The notes beneath the pieces were generated by a model. That model made no database searches. It saw only the letters and a list, made by a program, of their open reading frames with translations, and was not told the DNA's origin. Below are positions 50,199 through 62,239 of a DNA stretch of 64,000 nucleotides, in pieces. Both the position numbers and the translations under genes were made by a program. This DNA comes from Octopus sinensis (taxonomy: Eukaryota): assembly GCF_006345805.1 (NCBI RefSeq), contig NC_043007.1:21700001-21764000 (forward strand). Direction: 5' to 3'. Position 1 is the stretch's first letter. The number at the start of each line of letters is the position of its first letter.

Positions 50199-51744
50199 TT
50201 AAAACACTTAAAAAAAAAAAACTCAATTGGTAATTTTCTAATTAAAGCTTCTACTGCTTAAATCCAAAACCTTTTGGGTCTCTCTCTGTTCTTAGTAAAT
50301 TTAGTGTTGTTCATGTGGATTTAATACAGAATTGTTATCTCTTAAACAGAACCAAATTGTGCAGCCATCATGTGTGTCACTTGTACAGGTTTCCTTTAGA
50401 TCTTATTATTGCAGAAAAGTTCCCTTGATTTGTGAATGGAACAATGAAGTTTGGTGCAAGTTTCCTGATGATACAATTGTGGAAAAAAGAACCCCAAAAT
50501 TTACATTTGTTGGTCTACATTGACTAGTTCCTGAGTTCTGTGGTTTGATGGTGAGCAATGAGAGATAGGTGTAGATAGAGGATTTACAAGCACTGTGCAT
50601 CATATATGAGTGAGCTAAAGGTAGAGTTTATATGAACATTATGAGGAAGTAAAACTCAAGATGTATAACAGCTGAAGACCCTTTGCAAAAATCTTTTTCG
50701 AATACACACTGATTGTGTGCAACTCCGGTGTGTGTGTATGTGCACCTGTAGAGCTATGTGAGTGTCCCAAAGGCCTAGAGTTTCGAGTATGGGGCTTGTA
50801 CATGTGTGTGTGTATTTGATCATTCGTTTTACGTCTGTTTGTCCATGCCAGCATGGGTTGGATGAATATTTATTGTGAGGCATTATTTTATGATCAATAC
50901 CTTTTTAACAGTACAAGGCACTGACAACCAGCCTTTTTAGTATAAATGCCATGATATACAGTCTATAACAGCAGATTAAATTTCAAGTTGTTGTACTAAA
51001 CAAGTTATTTTATATAAATGCAGATACCACATGGTTCTGGGTTCAGTCTTACTGCGTGGCACCTTGGGTAAGTGCCTTTTACTATAGCCTCGGGCCAACC
51101 AAAGCCTTGTGAGTGGATTTGGTAGACGGAAACTGAAAGAAGCCCGTTGTATATATATGTGTGTGTGTGTGTTTCTGTGTCTGTTTGTCCCCCCTCCCCC
51201 AACATCACTTGACAACCAATGCTGGTTTGTTTACATCCCCGTAACTTAGCGGTTCGGCAAAAGAGACCGATAGCACAAGTACTAGACTTACAAAGAATAA
51301 GTCCTGGGGTAGATTTGCTCGACTAAAGTTTGTGCTCCAGCATGGCCACAGTCAAATGCCTGAAACAAAATAAAAGAGTATACAAATTTATATATTTAAC
51401 TAAAATACTGTGACTGTGTTTTTGTGAAGAGGCTGCCTAAATTTAACAAACATTTATCTGTCATACAAAAAACGAGTCTTTTCAGGAAACCACAAGGATC
51501 CCTCTCCCTTTCACCTGCTCTTTCTCTCTTCTTAGAACAGACTCAGTAATACTTTCACTAGTTTCTACACTCTTACAAGCTCTTCAGGAATGCTTACTTC
51601 ATCCTGAAAGAGGAGACAAGGGACAAGAGTATAACTTGAAGCTACAAATGTAGCCCTGTTTTAATTTTTACAGAACTACTGCTACAGCTTAGAGGCCATG
51701 TCTTTCCAGGTTACAGGCTTAATTACCAAGGTATATCCTCGGTT

Positions 51745-51982
51745 AAGGTGGCGAGCTGGCAGAAACGTTAGCATGCCGGGCAAAATGCTTAGCAGTATTT
51801 CATCTGCCGCTACGTTCTGAGTTCAAAGTCTGCCGAGGTTGACGTTGCCTTTCGTCCTTTCGGGGTCAGTTAAATAAGTACCAGTTACGCACTGGGGTCG
51901 ATATAATCGACTTAATCCGTTTGTCTATCCTTGTTTGTCCTCTCTGTGTTTAGCCCCTTGTGGGTAGTAAAGAAATAGGTAT
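51745..51982 (+). mobile_element. SINE family B monomer with TSD
   Basis: aggtatatcctc at 51729-51740 and 51977-51988. Further family B copies or fragments at about 762-910, 5105-5170, 19091-19290, 25560-26375, 43225-43380 and 53255-53820. Confidence 0.85.
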
Positions 51983-54323
51983 ATCCTCAGTAGTAGTCTA
52001 TGGTTTCCAGTCATAAAGAATGTCACGTGTAGTTTCAATTTTACAGGACTATTCTGTGGTAGACAAGAATGAGGCTGAGAGAAAATGCTTGTCATGGATA
52101 GCCTTGGTTATCAAGAAAAATTAAAAAGTAGTTATCTGGCTGGCCAGGGGATTTCAGCCTATTTCAACTACGGATGGTATCTTTTGGCAGAAGTGACATC
52201 GTCATCATCATCATCATTTAACATCTGCTTTCCATGCTAGCGTGTGTTGGACGGTTTGACTGGCTCATAAGGGCCGGTTTCCTGGTTTCTTTGGCGTATA
52301 GGTTCCCCACCTGGACGGGACGCCGGTTCGTTGCAGGTGAGCTGCAAGATGCAGGAGGAAAGAGTCAGCAGAAGTTCGCCATTACCTTCTGCCGGAGCCG
52401 CGTGGAGCTTAGGTGTTTCACTCATAAACACACACGTCGCCTGGTCTGAGATTCGAACCCGCGATCGCGAGTCCACTGCTCTAACCACTAGGCCATGTGC
52501 CCTCCACTTGTTTTTATTTACAATTAAGTAAATTGGAATAATTTGAAAATGAAGTGTTTTGCTCTATGACTCGAACACTGACTGGTCTAAAGATTGAACC
52601 CATGGCCTCCTGACAATGACCCAGACACTTTAACCACTTAGCTACATGCCTTCAAGCTCTGTGTGTGCATCCACATGCATATTTATACATTACATGATGC
52701 ATTTGACCCTCTAGCGTTCAGGTTACTCTGACAAACGTAAAACTTATTAATCGTGTATTATCTCATAGCTTTGGGATTTCAATGATGTGATTGTATATTT
52801 TTAGAATGACATTGGAGGGCAGGTATGAGAGGCCAGATCTGATTGGTTTAAATGCAAAGGGCTGATGTATATGTGTATAAATTATCTACATTAGCATGTA
52901 TAATGTGTTCGTAAGTGTACTTTTAAGTGCCTGTATTCGTGTTTAAAGTAGCCAAGGATTACGTTTCCAAACCACAATGTTGTTTAATTGACTTGTTGGT
53001 TGTCTATATATAGCCACCATGAAGTGTAAAGAGACGGCTACTATTTTCAAAATCATAATATGATTGTTGAAGAGAACTGTCACTCAGCCGTCATCAGTAG
53101 TAGTTTTTTGGTGGGTGGGTGGGTGGTTAAAAAAAATTCCCGAGGGAAAATTTAGACATTTTCCAGCAGTTTAGAATTAGTTCTCTCTCTCTCTCTCTCT
53201 CTCTTTCTTTCTCTCTATCTATTTGATTGGGACCAGGCGGCAAATGATATTATTAAGGCTGCTAGCAGAATAGTGCACCAGACGGAAAGCTTAGCAGTAT
53301 TTTGCCTGTCACTACATTCTGTAATCAAATTCCGCCAAGGTCGACTTTGCCTTTCATCCCTTCGGGGTTGATAAATTAAGTACCAGTTCTGTACTGGGGT
53401 CAATCTAATCGACTGGCCTCCTCCCCAAAAATTTTGGGTTTTGTGTCTAGAGTAGAAAAAGAATCAATACTCTAATTTACTTTCGGGATTGATAAATTAA
53501 GTACCAGTTATGTACTGGGGTTGATTTAATTGACTGGCCCTCTCCCCAAAAATGTTAGGCCTTGTACCTAGAGTAGAAAAAATTATTATTATTATTAAGG
53601 CAGCAAGTAGAATAGCATGCCGGATGAAATGCTTAGCAGTATTTCGCCTGTCACTATGATCTGAGTTCAAATTCCACTGAGGTCGTCATTGCCTTTCATC
53701 TTTTCGGGGTCGATAAATTAAGTACCAGTTGCATACTGGGTTCGGTTTAATTGACTCGTCTCCTCCTCCAAAATTGCTACCCTTGTGGAAAAATTTGAAA
53801 CCATTATTATTATTATTATTAAACCCCAATACAGTTTAAATAAGAATGTCAACATACTCCCCCTGTGCTATTGCCGTGTAGCAAAAAAAAAAAAGAGGGA
53901 GTCTCCTGACAGACTGTTTCATGGTTTGTTGACTAGTTCTCAGGGAAGACACATAAACCGGTTTCCTTCTCCAATCAATAACATACATCAACTGCTTATA
54001 AATCAGTCATAAATTGAATGACATAATTTGAATATTTTTGCTTATTAAATAACTTCCATTTTATGCAAGGCACAGTATAAATTAGAAGAACTGAAATAAA
54101 TTTAAGTATGCTGTAATAAAACCTTCACTGTGAGTTAATGGGTGTTTACTTAACCCCTTTCATTACTGGATTTCTCTTGGTTTTCATTGTAATTATTTCA
54201 ATTAATTTCCAAAGTCAATAAGAGCTTAAAATAACCTTGTTGCAATTAATCTTCTAGCGTTCAGATTTCTCTGTCACATGTAATGCATACTTATTCACAA
54301 TGTTCAGTTAATCATCAGAAGTA

Positions 54324-54412
54324 ATGCAGTACGATTGTTTCATGCGACTCCATTTAATTGAACAATGCAAACATTACATCGATTTAAAATGTAGAGCAAT
54401 CTTCAGGTGCAT
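54324..54412 (-). ncRNA. Type I hammerhead motif with enlarged stem II, family 2-like (left arm of palindrome)
   Basis: Minus strand: augcac-CUGAAGA-uugcuc...gagucgcau-GAAA-C-aauc-GUA^-cugcau. Confidence 0.6.
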
Positions 54413-54605
54413 AAAAATATAGAATTTAGTTAAATTTGAAGGACTCATTAGTATAATTTTATCCAAAACCACCAAGGGGATAAGGAGATAGACAAAGAAC
54501 ATGTTTCACCAACAACATCACAGTTGTAATTTATCCTCTTGGTGATTTTGGATAAAAAAAATTATACGAATGAATCCTTTGAATTTAACTAAATTCTATA
54601 TTTTT

Positions 54606-54694
54606 ATGCACCTGAAGATTGCTCTACATTTTAAATTGATGTAATGATTGCATTGTTCAAAGAAATGGAGTCACATGAAACAATCGTACTGCAT
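54606..54694 (+). ncRNA. Type I hammerhead motif with enlarged stem II, family 2-like (right arm of palindrome)
   Basis: atgcac-CTGAAGA(54612-54618)...cat-GAAA(54677-54680)-C-aatc-GTA^-ctgcat; predicted cleavage after 54688; C.C mismatch at the first stem I pair. Confidence 0.6.
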
Positions 54695-54728
54695 TATCTC
54701 TCGATATCCTTGTTGCTTATTTTGATTA

Positions 54729-54770
<42 letters not shown>

Positions 54771-54831
54771 GGGAGTATAACTCCAAATTTACAAGGAAAA
54801 ATTCAATTTAGTATTAAATTAAATTTCACAG

Positions 54832-54862
<31 letters not shown>

Positions 54863-56028
54863 GCATGTGTCTTGACATTATGTGGTGGCTGTAAATGAGC
54901 GCCACTGTCATACAAGCAGTGTCCTTCATTTCCAACTTTGCGTGAAAATGTGTCTGATCATAGGGAAATATTACCTGACTTGTAAACAGGTGAGCAAGCG
55001 CTGGTAAGCAGCTGGAAAGGTATGTGGATGTTAAAATGATGGTAATAAAAGACGATGATGTGTCTGTGTGGCCTGTGTATGTATGTGCGTGTGTGTGTGT
55101 GTGTATATGTATATATGTTAAACAAATGTTATTTTACTAGTTCTAATCACTTGCCTGTAATATTCCCATTACATATAAATATTCTGTTGATCCTGCGTCA
55201 TATGCCATCCTTCATCATTAATGATTGTTTTATTGTATGCTAAGATGCATAAGAAAAATTTTGAAACTGAGCTTCCATAGAATACTAGCTATCAGCTCCT
55301 GAAGCTTTCTTTGACCCCGTTAATGAACTGATTCCAGTTCTAATTTCTAACTGATTCTGTGAAGGAGAAATTCAATCAATTCGTAAAACTTAGCATATTT
55401 AGCCTAAACTATATATCTGCTGTTTTTTTAAATGAAGCCAAAAATAGATAGTCTCTGTTTACATTTTTTGCAGAAATCAATGCAAATGAATTAGAGAGAG
55501 TCATTAATTGCATAAACCATTTTTTATTCCAGTAGAATTACATGCCTAGAACCCCAACATATTTCATTCAAGATTGCTAAAAAAAAAAAAAATGAAATTC
55601 TTGTGGAATTTGTTCCTGATTTCAATTTTTTTATTTTCTTTTCTTGTTTTTTTTTTTTGTTTTTTTTAAACCTTGATTATCGCTATTTGAAAATATTTAT
55701 GGTGAACAACAATTGTTTTCATTGCATTATTCAATCCGTTTTTGGAATATAAAGACAGAATGAAAACACTAAATGTGTGTAATTTCTAATCAGCATATTT
55801 TGATGCCGCTATTTAGTCTGAAAAAAAAAATATTTGCAAAGCTGTTTCTTGAAAACTTTTTGATAAATTATACTCTTATTTCCATCACATGATCCTTTGT
55901 TGTGTTGTTAGAGATTTTTTTTTTTTTTTCATATAAATCTATAATTTTAATCTTATTTCACATTAAATGATCCTAAATCAATCATTGTTATACGATTTGT
56001 GTTGATTGCTCTCATTTCATAATTCTAA

Positions 56029-56283
<255 letters not shown>

Positions 56284-58800
56284 CTACAGCTGTAAATTCT
56301 ATCCTGTTTCTTTCACTTCTTGCAGTGACATTAAACAGTTTTTCAACCAAAACAGAGCATCAAAATAGTATTTTATCCCACAATTACTAGGACTGTGCTC
56401 AATTTTTCTTTTTATTCCTTCCCCCACCCCTATCCCCACTTTTTTTTTTTTTTTTTAACAACTTTTTGTTTTCAAACTTATTGTTTGAAAATTTAGTCAG
56501 ACTGAGAATTTCATGTGATTTTACTACCTTCTAAATAGAACAAATTTTAAACAAGATTTCTTCCAATGTTGCCTCCATGACAGATACAAACAAAAAAAAA
56601 ATACCTTGCCCATTCTTCTTCACGAACAAACTATTTTTAAATTCTTTATTTATTTTGCTCAATATTTATCCTAATTGCAAGGTGCTACAGTCTTCTTTTT
56701 TTTTTTCTCTTTTTCTTTTTTTTTTTTCAATATTACAACTATTATTTTCTCTCGTCAAAAACCCTTGCTTTTTGCAGACAGTTTCTCTCTATAATAGTCT
56801 ACACTAAACCTACAGTCTTTCCTTCTTTCCTTTAATATTACAAGCAGTAAAAATTAGAGATATTTCCTTGTCTCCTTTTTATAAACTTCATATTATCGAC
56901 CTAGGTTGCACATTTTTAATGATTAACACCAGTTATCTAATTTAAATGTTTTATTATAGATATTTTTCAGAAATATTTGAGTAGATAACTTCTTCCTGTT
57001 ATTCATTAGATGCCGAATCTAATTGTTATATAAATTACCTGTAAAAATAATAAACAACATCCATAAAAGAAATACGTAAACCTTTGAAACTTATCCTTTT
57101 TTTAATGAAGTAATAATAATAATAATAATAATCCGTATGTTATTTTTAACACAGTTCTTCTCCCTTGGCTATGTCAACGACTATACTTGAGTAGTATTTC
57201 CTATGTCACTCCTTTTGGTTCTCATAAAAATGTTTGCCCTGCCAATGCGCACAGCTGATAAAATATTACCATCTTGGCTTTTTTTAAAATAAAAAAAACA
57301 AAAAAACAAAACAATCACATTAACGAAAAAAAATACTTTAGAGTTACCATTCTCACTGAACATACATAACACTAGCTTTTTGAGTCTTTGCCCTTTTTTT
57401 TATGTTAATTAATATTTTACATTCATTATTTTGAAGACAAAAAAATAACAGAAAAAAAATTGTATCATTTTTTGCTGCTCTGCTTCTCTGAAGCAAACAC
57501 ACATTCGTATCAATTGACTTTTGAAATTTTAACCTTGACAAGTATTAATAAAGCTAAACTGCTACAAAATGTTGGCAGCCTGATCTAGATATGTCATGTG
57601 ACTGCTCTGCTTTCTCTCTCAGCATTTCAGTTTCTGTTTTTTTGTTTGTTGTTTGGGGGCTTTTTGCGTTTTTTTTTTTTTGTTTTTTTTCCCCCTCCAA
57701 ATTGTTGTCTATTTTACTTGTTTCTCTCTCTCTCTCTCTCTTTCTCTATCTGCAGCTGCAATATCAATGCTAAGTGTTTGTCGTCTTCATGCCAATAGCA
57801 TCTATGTTTCTTGTACTCAAAACATTTTCCTAGTTTGCATATTTAAGACATGAAAAAAGGAAAAAAAAAAAAAACTTAAATCTCCAAAAATATTTTTTTT
57901 AAATGCAAAAAAAAACCAAAAAAACACACATATATATATATATATATATACACATACATATATATACCTTTCTATCATGATGTACTCACAATCCGATTAC
58001 TGAAGCAGATAATAATGACTGCTGTACTTCGAATTCTTCACAGAGGCCTGAGTCCCTGATGGTTCTCAACAGATAAAATTTCTTTTATTCTACTTAACAA
58101 AAAAATGTCACTGATTAATGCTTGAGCTGCTATGTACTTTGTTATTTAGGTCACTGGCACTCTGTAGATGTTCCCTGGCTGCTGGAATCACCATAATCAC
58201 AGTATTTTATTACGTGTTTAATAAAGAAACAAATCTTTGAAACATAAATCTTGTATTATCTATTATTATTAAGTTTGCATGTAAAATACAAAAGATATGG
58301 ATATGCGTCTTTTTTCTTCTTCTTTTTTTCCTTTTCCTTTTAATTTGTGCCAAAATTTACTCCATAGACTTCTCTGTCGCCTATTGAAATCATAGTCTTT
58401 TTACTGATGTATGTTATGTATGTCTTGTCTTTGGCTAGAAAATTGACATAGATACTATAAATGTCCAAGGAAGAGGAACAGCGCTTGCCAGTTCCATTTT
58501 CCATGTCTTCCATCTCTAGTGGTGTTGACGCCACTTTGAAATTATAATAATGGCGATGGCTTTTAGCACGTCTGGACGTTGCAAGAATTATTCAACCATT
58601 TTGAAATTCACTGCTGCCAACTATATCATATAATTTTATTGGACTGTTTCTTTCACACTATATACATATATATATATATATATGCATATATATATATATG
58701 TATATATATGTGTATTCTTTCCTTTTCTTACACCAAATTATCTAGCTAAACACATTTTTCTTTTCTTTTTTTTATGTATTTGAAATAAAGAAATTTATTA
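56284..58800 (+). other. Probable long 3' UTR with several AATAAA signals
   Basis: No recognisable SINE between the stop codon and about 59600; U-rich tracts; AATAAA at 57049, 57547, 58220 and about 58785. The true 3' end is not determinable. Confidence 0.45.
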
Positions 58801-58823
58801 GACTATTCCTATTCCTATCATTA

Positions 58824-58862
<39 letters not shown>

Positions 58863-59605
58863 AAACAACACACGGACTAAGACTTCTCAATTGCCAATGC
58901 AACTGGTCAATTCAAAAGTGATGGTGCTACAAAAAGATTTCGGTTGACAAATAATACTCAATAAGTCTTTTGAAATTGTCTTTTTTTCCTTTTATAGTTG
59001 GCAGCAAACTAACACACTAATAATATCCAAAGAAGACTGAATTCTTTTACAATTCTTACTGGCACCAAAGTTATCTTATGCTTTATCTAGCTGCCTCGTT
59101 TTTTGTTTTTTTTTCCAATTTTTTTTTTCTTTGCCTGTATTTTCTCATATTTTGTACTTGTCACAGCTAATAAATTATTGCCTTTTTACATACTTTTCGT
59201 GTTGACATTTAATATTTGTGGCAAAATTTATGACAGAACTTATTTTATCTCGTCTTTACATTATTCTATTCTATCATGTGGCATTGCATGTGAACGGCAA
59301 AAAATTCATAGTTTAAATACCAAAAAGTAGTTACAACATGTAAAGAAATTTACCATCTAGCTCTTCAACATTTTTCCAAAGGTGCTAATATACTGTAAAT
59401 CTTTTGTTCTTTTGAAATAAAAAAAGATCCCAATCAACTGTTTACATTTTATTCCCACATTACAAAAGCATCTGAGTTCAATCCTAGCAGACCAGGCTCC
59501 AGAGGCCCAATTGCAATAAAAAGGGGTTATTGTCAAACTGGTAAGAAACCTATCAATCATAGGGATGAAGGTGTTGGTGGTGGGGGCTAATTCGTTGTAT
59601 GAATC

Positions 59606-60220
59606 ATAGTCTATCATCATCATCATCATCATCATCGTTTAATGTCCGCCTTCCATTCTAGCATGGGTTGGATGATTTGACTGAGGGCTGGCGAACCAGA
59701 TGGCTGCACCAGGCTCCAATCTTGATCTGGCAGAGTTTCTACAGGTGGATGCCCTTCCTAATGCCAACCACTCCGAGAGTGTAGTGGGTGCTTTTATGTG
59801 CCACCAGTATGGGGGCCAGTCAGGTGGTACTGGCAATGACCTCGCTCGAATCTTTTACACATGCCACCGGCACAGGTGCCAGTAAGGCGATGCTGATAAC
59901 GATCACACTCAAATGGTGCCCTTTATGTGCCACGGCACGGGGGCCAGTCAGGCGGTACTGGCAATGACCTTGCTCAAATCTTTTTACACATGCAACTGGC
60001 ACAGGTGACAGTAAGGCGATGTTGGTAACGATCACACTCAAATGAAGCCAGTTAGCCGCTCTGGCAACGATCGCGCTTGGACGGTGCTCTTAGCACCCTA
60101 CAAGCACGGGGCTCAAGTGCCGGTAAGGCGACACTGGTAACGATCACACTCGAATAGTGCCTTTTATGTGCCACCGGCACAGAAGCCGGTTAGCTGCTCT
60201 GTCAACGATCACACTCGTCT
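59606..60220 (-). mobile_element. RTE 3'-UTR-derived repeat with internal tandem modules
   Basis: (CAT)n tail at 59614-59636; module gccagtcaggcggtactggcaatgacc..ggcacaggtgccagtaaggcgatg..aacgatcacactcaaatg is repeated. Confidence 0.75.
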
Positions 60221-61010
60221 AGTGAAAAAAAAACTAGGCAATATTAACCTTTTAATTGCAGGATTAAATTTCTTCGTTATTCCAGTAATGACATTAAATA
60301 TCTACCTTAAAAAATTGAATTGGTATTTTCTGAAAGTTATGTTACTCTTTGTTTCAGTCATTTGACTGTGGCCATGCTGGAGCACCGCCTCTAGTCGAGG
60401 AAATCGACCCCAGGTCTTATTCTTTTTAAGCCTAGTATTTATTATATCAGGCTCTTTTGCTAAACCACTAAGTTACGGGGACGTAAACACACCAGCATTG
60501 GTTGTCAAGAGATGATGGGGGAACAAACACAGACACACATACATACATATATGTATATAGATATAGATATATACATATATACAACAGGCTTCTTTGAGTT
60601 TCCGTCTACAAGGTTTTGGTCGACCCAAGGTTATAGAAGACACTTGCTCAAGGAGCCACGCAGTGGAACTGAACCTGGAACCATGTGGTTGGTAAGCAAG
60701 CTACTTAGCACACAGCTACTCTTGCTAAATTTTTTATCATTTTCAAAATGAATTGAAACAGAGTCAGGGTCTTTCAGCAGAAGCATGGTACCAAAATGGT
60801 TAAGGCATGTAATGACCAGACAGTAAGAAGGGTAAACTCAAATATATGGATCACTGTATATTAATAGCGCTTGTTTCCTTAATTTCAGCTGAATTTGAAT
60901 TCAACTAAATACGACAAGGCATTTAATTCGATGCTCTACCAACTCTGTTAATCTGCCGTCTTATGTGTATTCGTTCAAACAGTCTGTTGCATCCTAAAGT
61001 CTTTTGTCTA

Positions 61011-61908
61011 CCGTAAATCCTCGAGTATTGTCCGTCCTTGAGTAAAATACGCTGGGAATTTTTAGGGGGCTGTACCTCTGAAAAACCTAAACCTTGTGTA
61101 TGATACTCACCCCTTCTCTAACTTGAGTCGTGCGTAATTAAGCCAGCAGCACTGAGTCGAACAAACACTTCTGTGCATGCATAATAAAATAATGGTGATG
61201 TTCTTAACTGTTATATGGGAATGTAAATATGTTAGCAAATTGTTTTTGTTACATGTTATTCTGTGTTCTGAATACTTTTATTTTGATAAATGTTGCTTAC
61301 TGCAAGTTATGGATGATTCTTTTATGACTTCATTGCTTTCAGGCTTAGCTTAAGGTATTTTCGTGCCCGACATCACAAAATGTGTCTGAATAAACATTGC
61401 CAGACAGCAAATAAAGACTCGGACATTGCTTAGAAAATATTTTTTATTTTTAACCTCGTATGTAGTACGCACTAGGGATTTTGACCTTTAAATTTTGGGC
61501 ACTAGGGATCTTGATCTTTAAATTTTGGGCACTAGGGATTTTGACCTTTAAATTTTGGGCACTAGGAATTTTGACCTTTAAATTTTGGGCACTAGGGATT
61601 TTGACCTATAAATTTGGGGCACTAGGGATTTTGACCTTTAAATTTTGGGCACTAGGGATTTTGACCTTTAAATTTTGGGCACTAAGGATTTTGCCCTTTA
61701 AATTTTGGGCACTAGGAATTTTGACCTTTAAATTTTGGGCACTAGGAATTTTGACCTTTAAATTTTGGGCACTAGGGATTTTGACCTTTGAATTTTGGGC
61801 ACTAGGGATTTTGATCTTTGAATTTTGGGCACTAGGGATTTTGAACTTTAAATTTTGGGCACTAGGGATTTGGGGGAAAAAATGCAGATTATACTCGAGG
61901 ATTTACTG
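61011..61908. mobile_element. Non-autonomous Tc2/pogo-like (Tc1/mariner superfamily) DNA transposon
   Basis: TIR CCGTAAATCCTCGAGTAT (61011-61028) and ATACTCGAGGATTTACTG (61891-61908), 17/18 match; TA on both sides (61009-61010, 61909-61910). CCGTA termini are typical of Tc2-group elements. Confidence 0.8.
61469..61870. repeat. 30-bp minisatellite (GCACTAGGGATTTTGACCTTTAAATTTTGG)n, about 13 units, inside the Tc2-like element
   Basis: Direct reading. It explains the 177-aa (LTFKFWALGI)n ORF at 61481-62014. Confidence 0.95.
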
Positions 61909-62239
61909 TATGTCTAGCTTGACAACCCTCAACTACCATTTCTTGGCACTTCTCCAATCAGTTTATGACAATGTTTTCAATGCATGTCAGTCGTCTCTTC
62001 TCTGCATACATTAATCATTCAACATATGCTTCTAATGCTTCTTGCCCTTTAATCTCTCCTTTCTTACCATATTTCCACTGAAGCATCTTGCCTGTGCATT
62101 TTGGTTGATTTTTAAAATAATCCAGAATTCAAAAGGAATTAGTAAAATTAGATTTTTCTTTATCAAGATGTTGATATTTTAAAAGTTTTCAATTTTAAAT
62201 TTATGATGCAAGGATTTTAGTTATATATATTATGTCGTG

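Larger units (their letters stand above)
54322..54696. repeat. Long palindrome carrying two hammerhead motifs
   Basis: Arms of about 160 nt (taatgcagtacgattgtttcatg... / ...catgaaacaatcgtactgcatta). Followed after (TA)n by ttagggagtataactccaaatttacaaggaaaaattc, related to the 11160 element. Confidence 0.88.

Noticed and set aside
53013-53063. Perfect Kozak GCCACCATG
   Set aside because: Opens only 14 codons, with no splice donor or other support.
61481-62014. 177-aa ORF as a real membrane-like protein
   Set aside because: Produced by a 30-bp minisatellite inside a MITE; no ATG start and no splice context.
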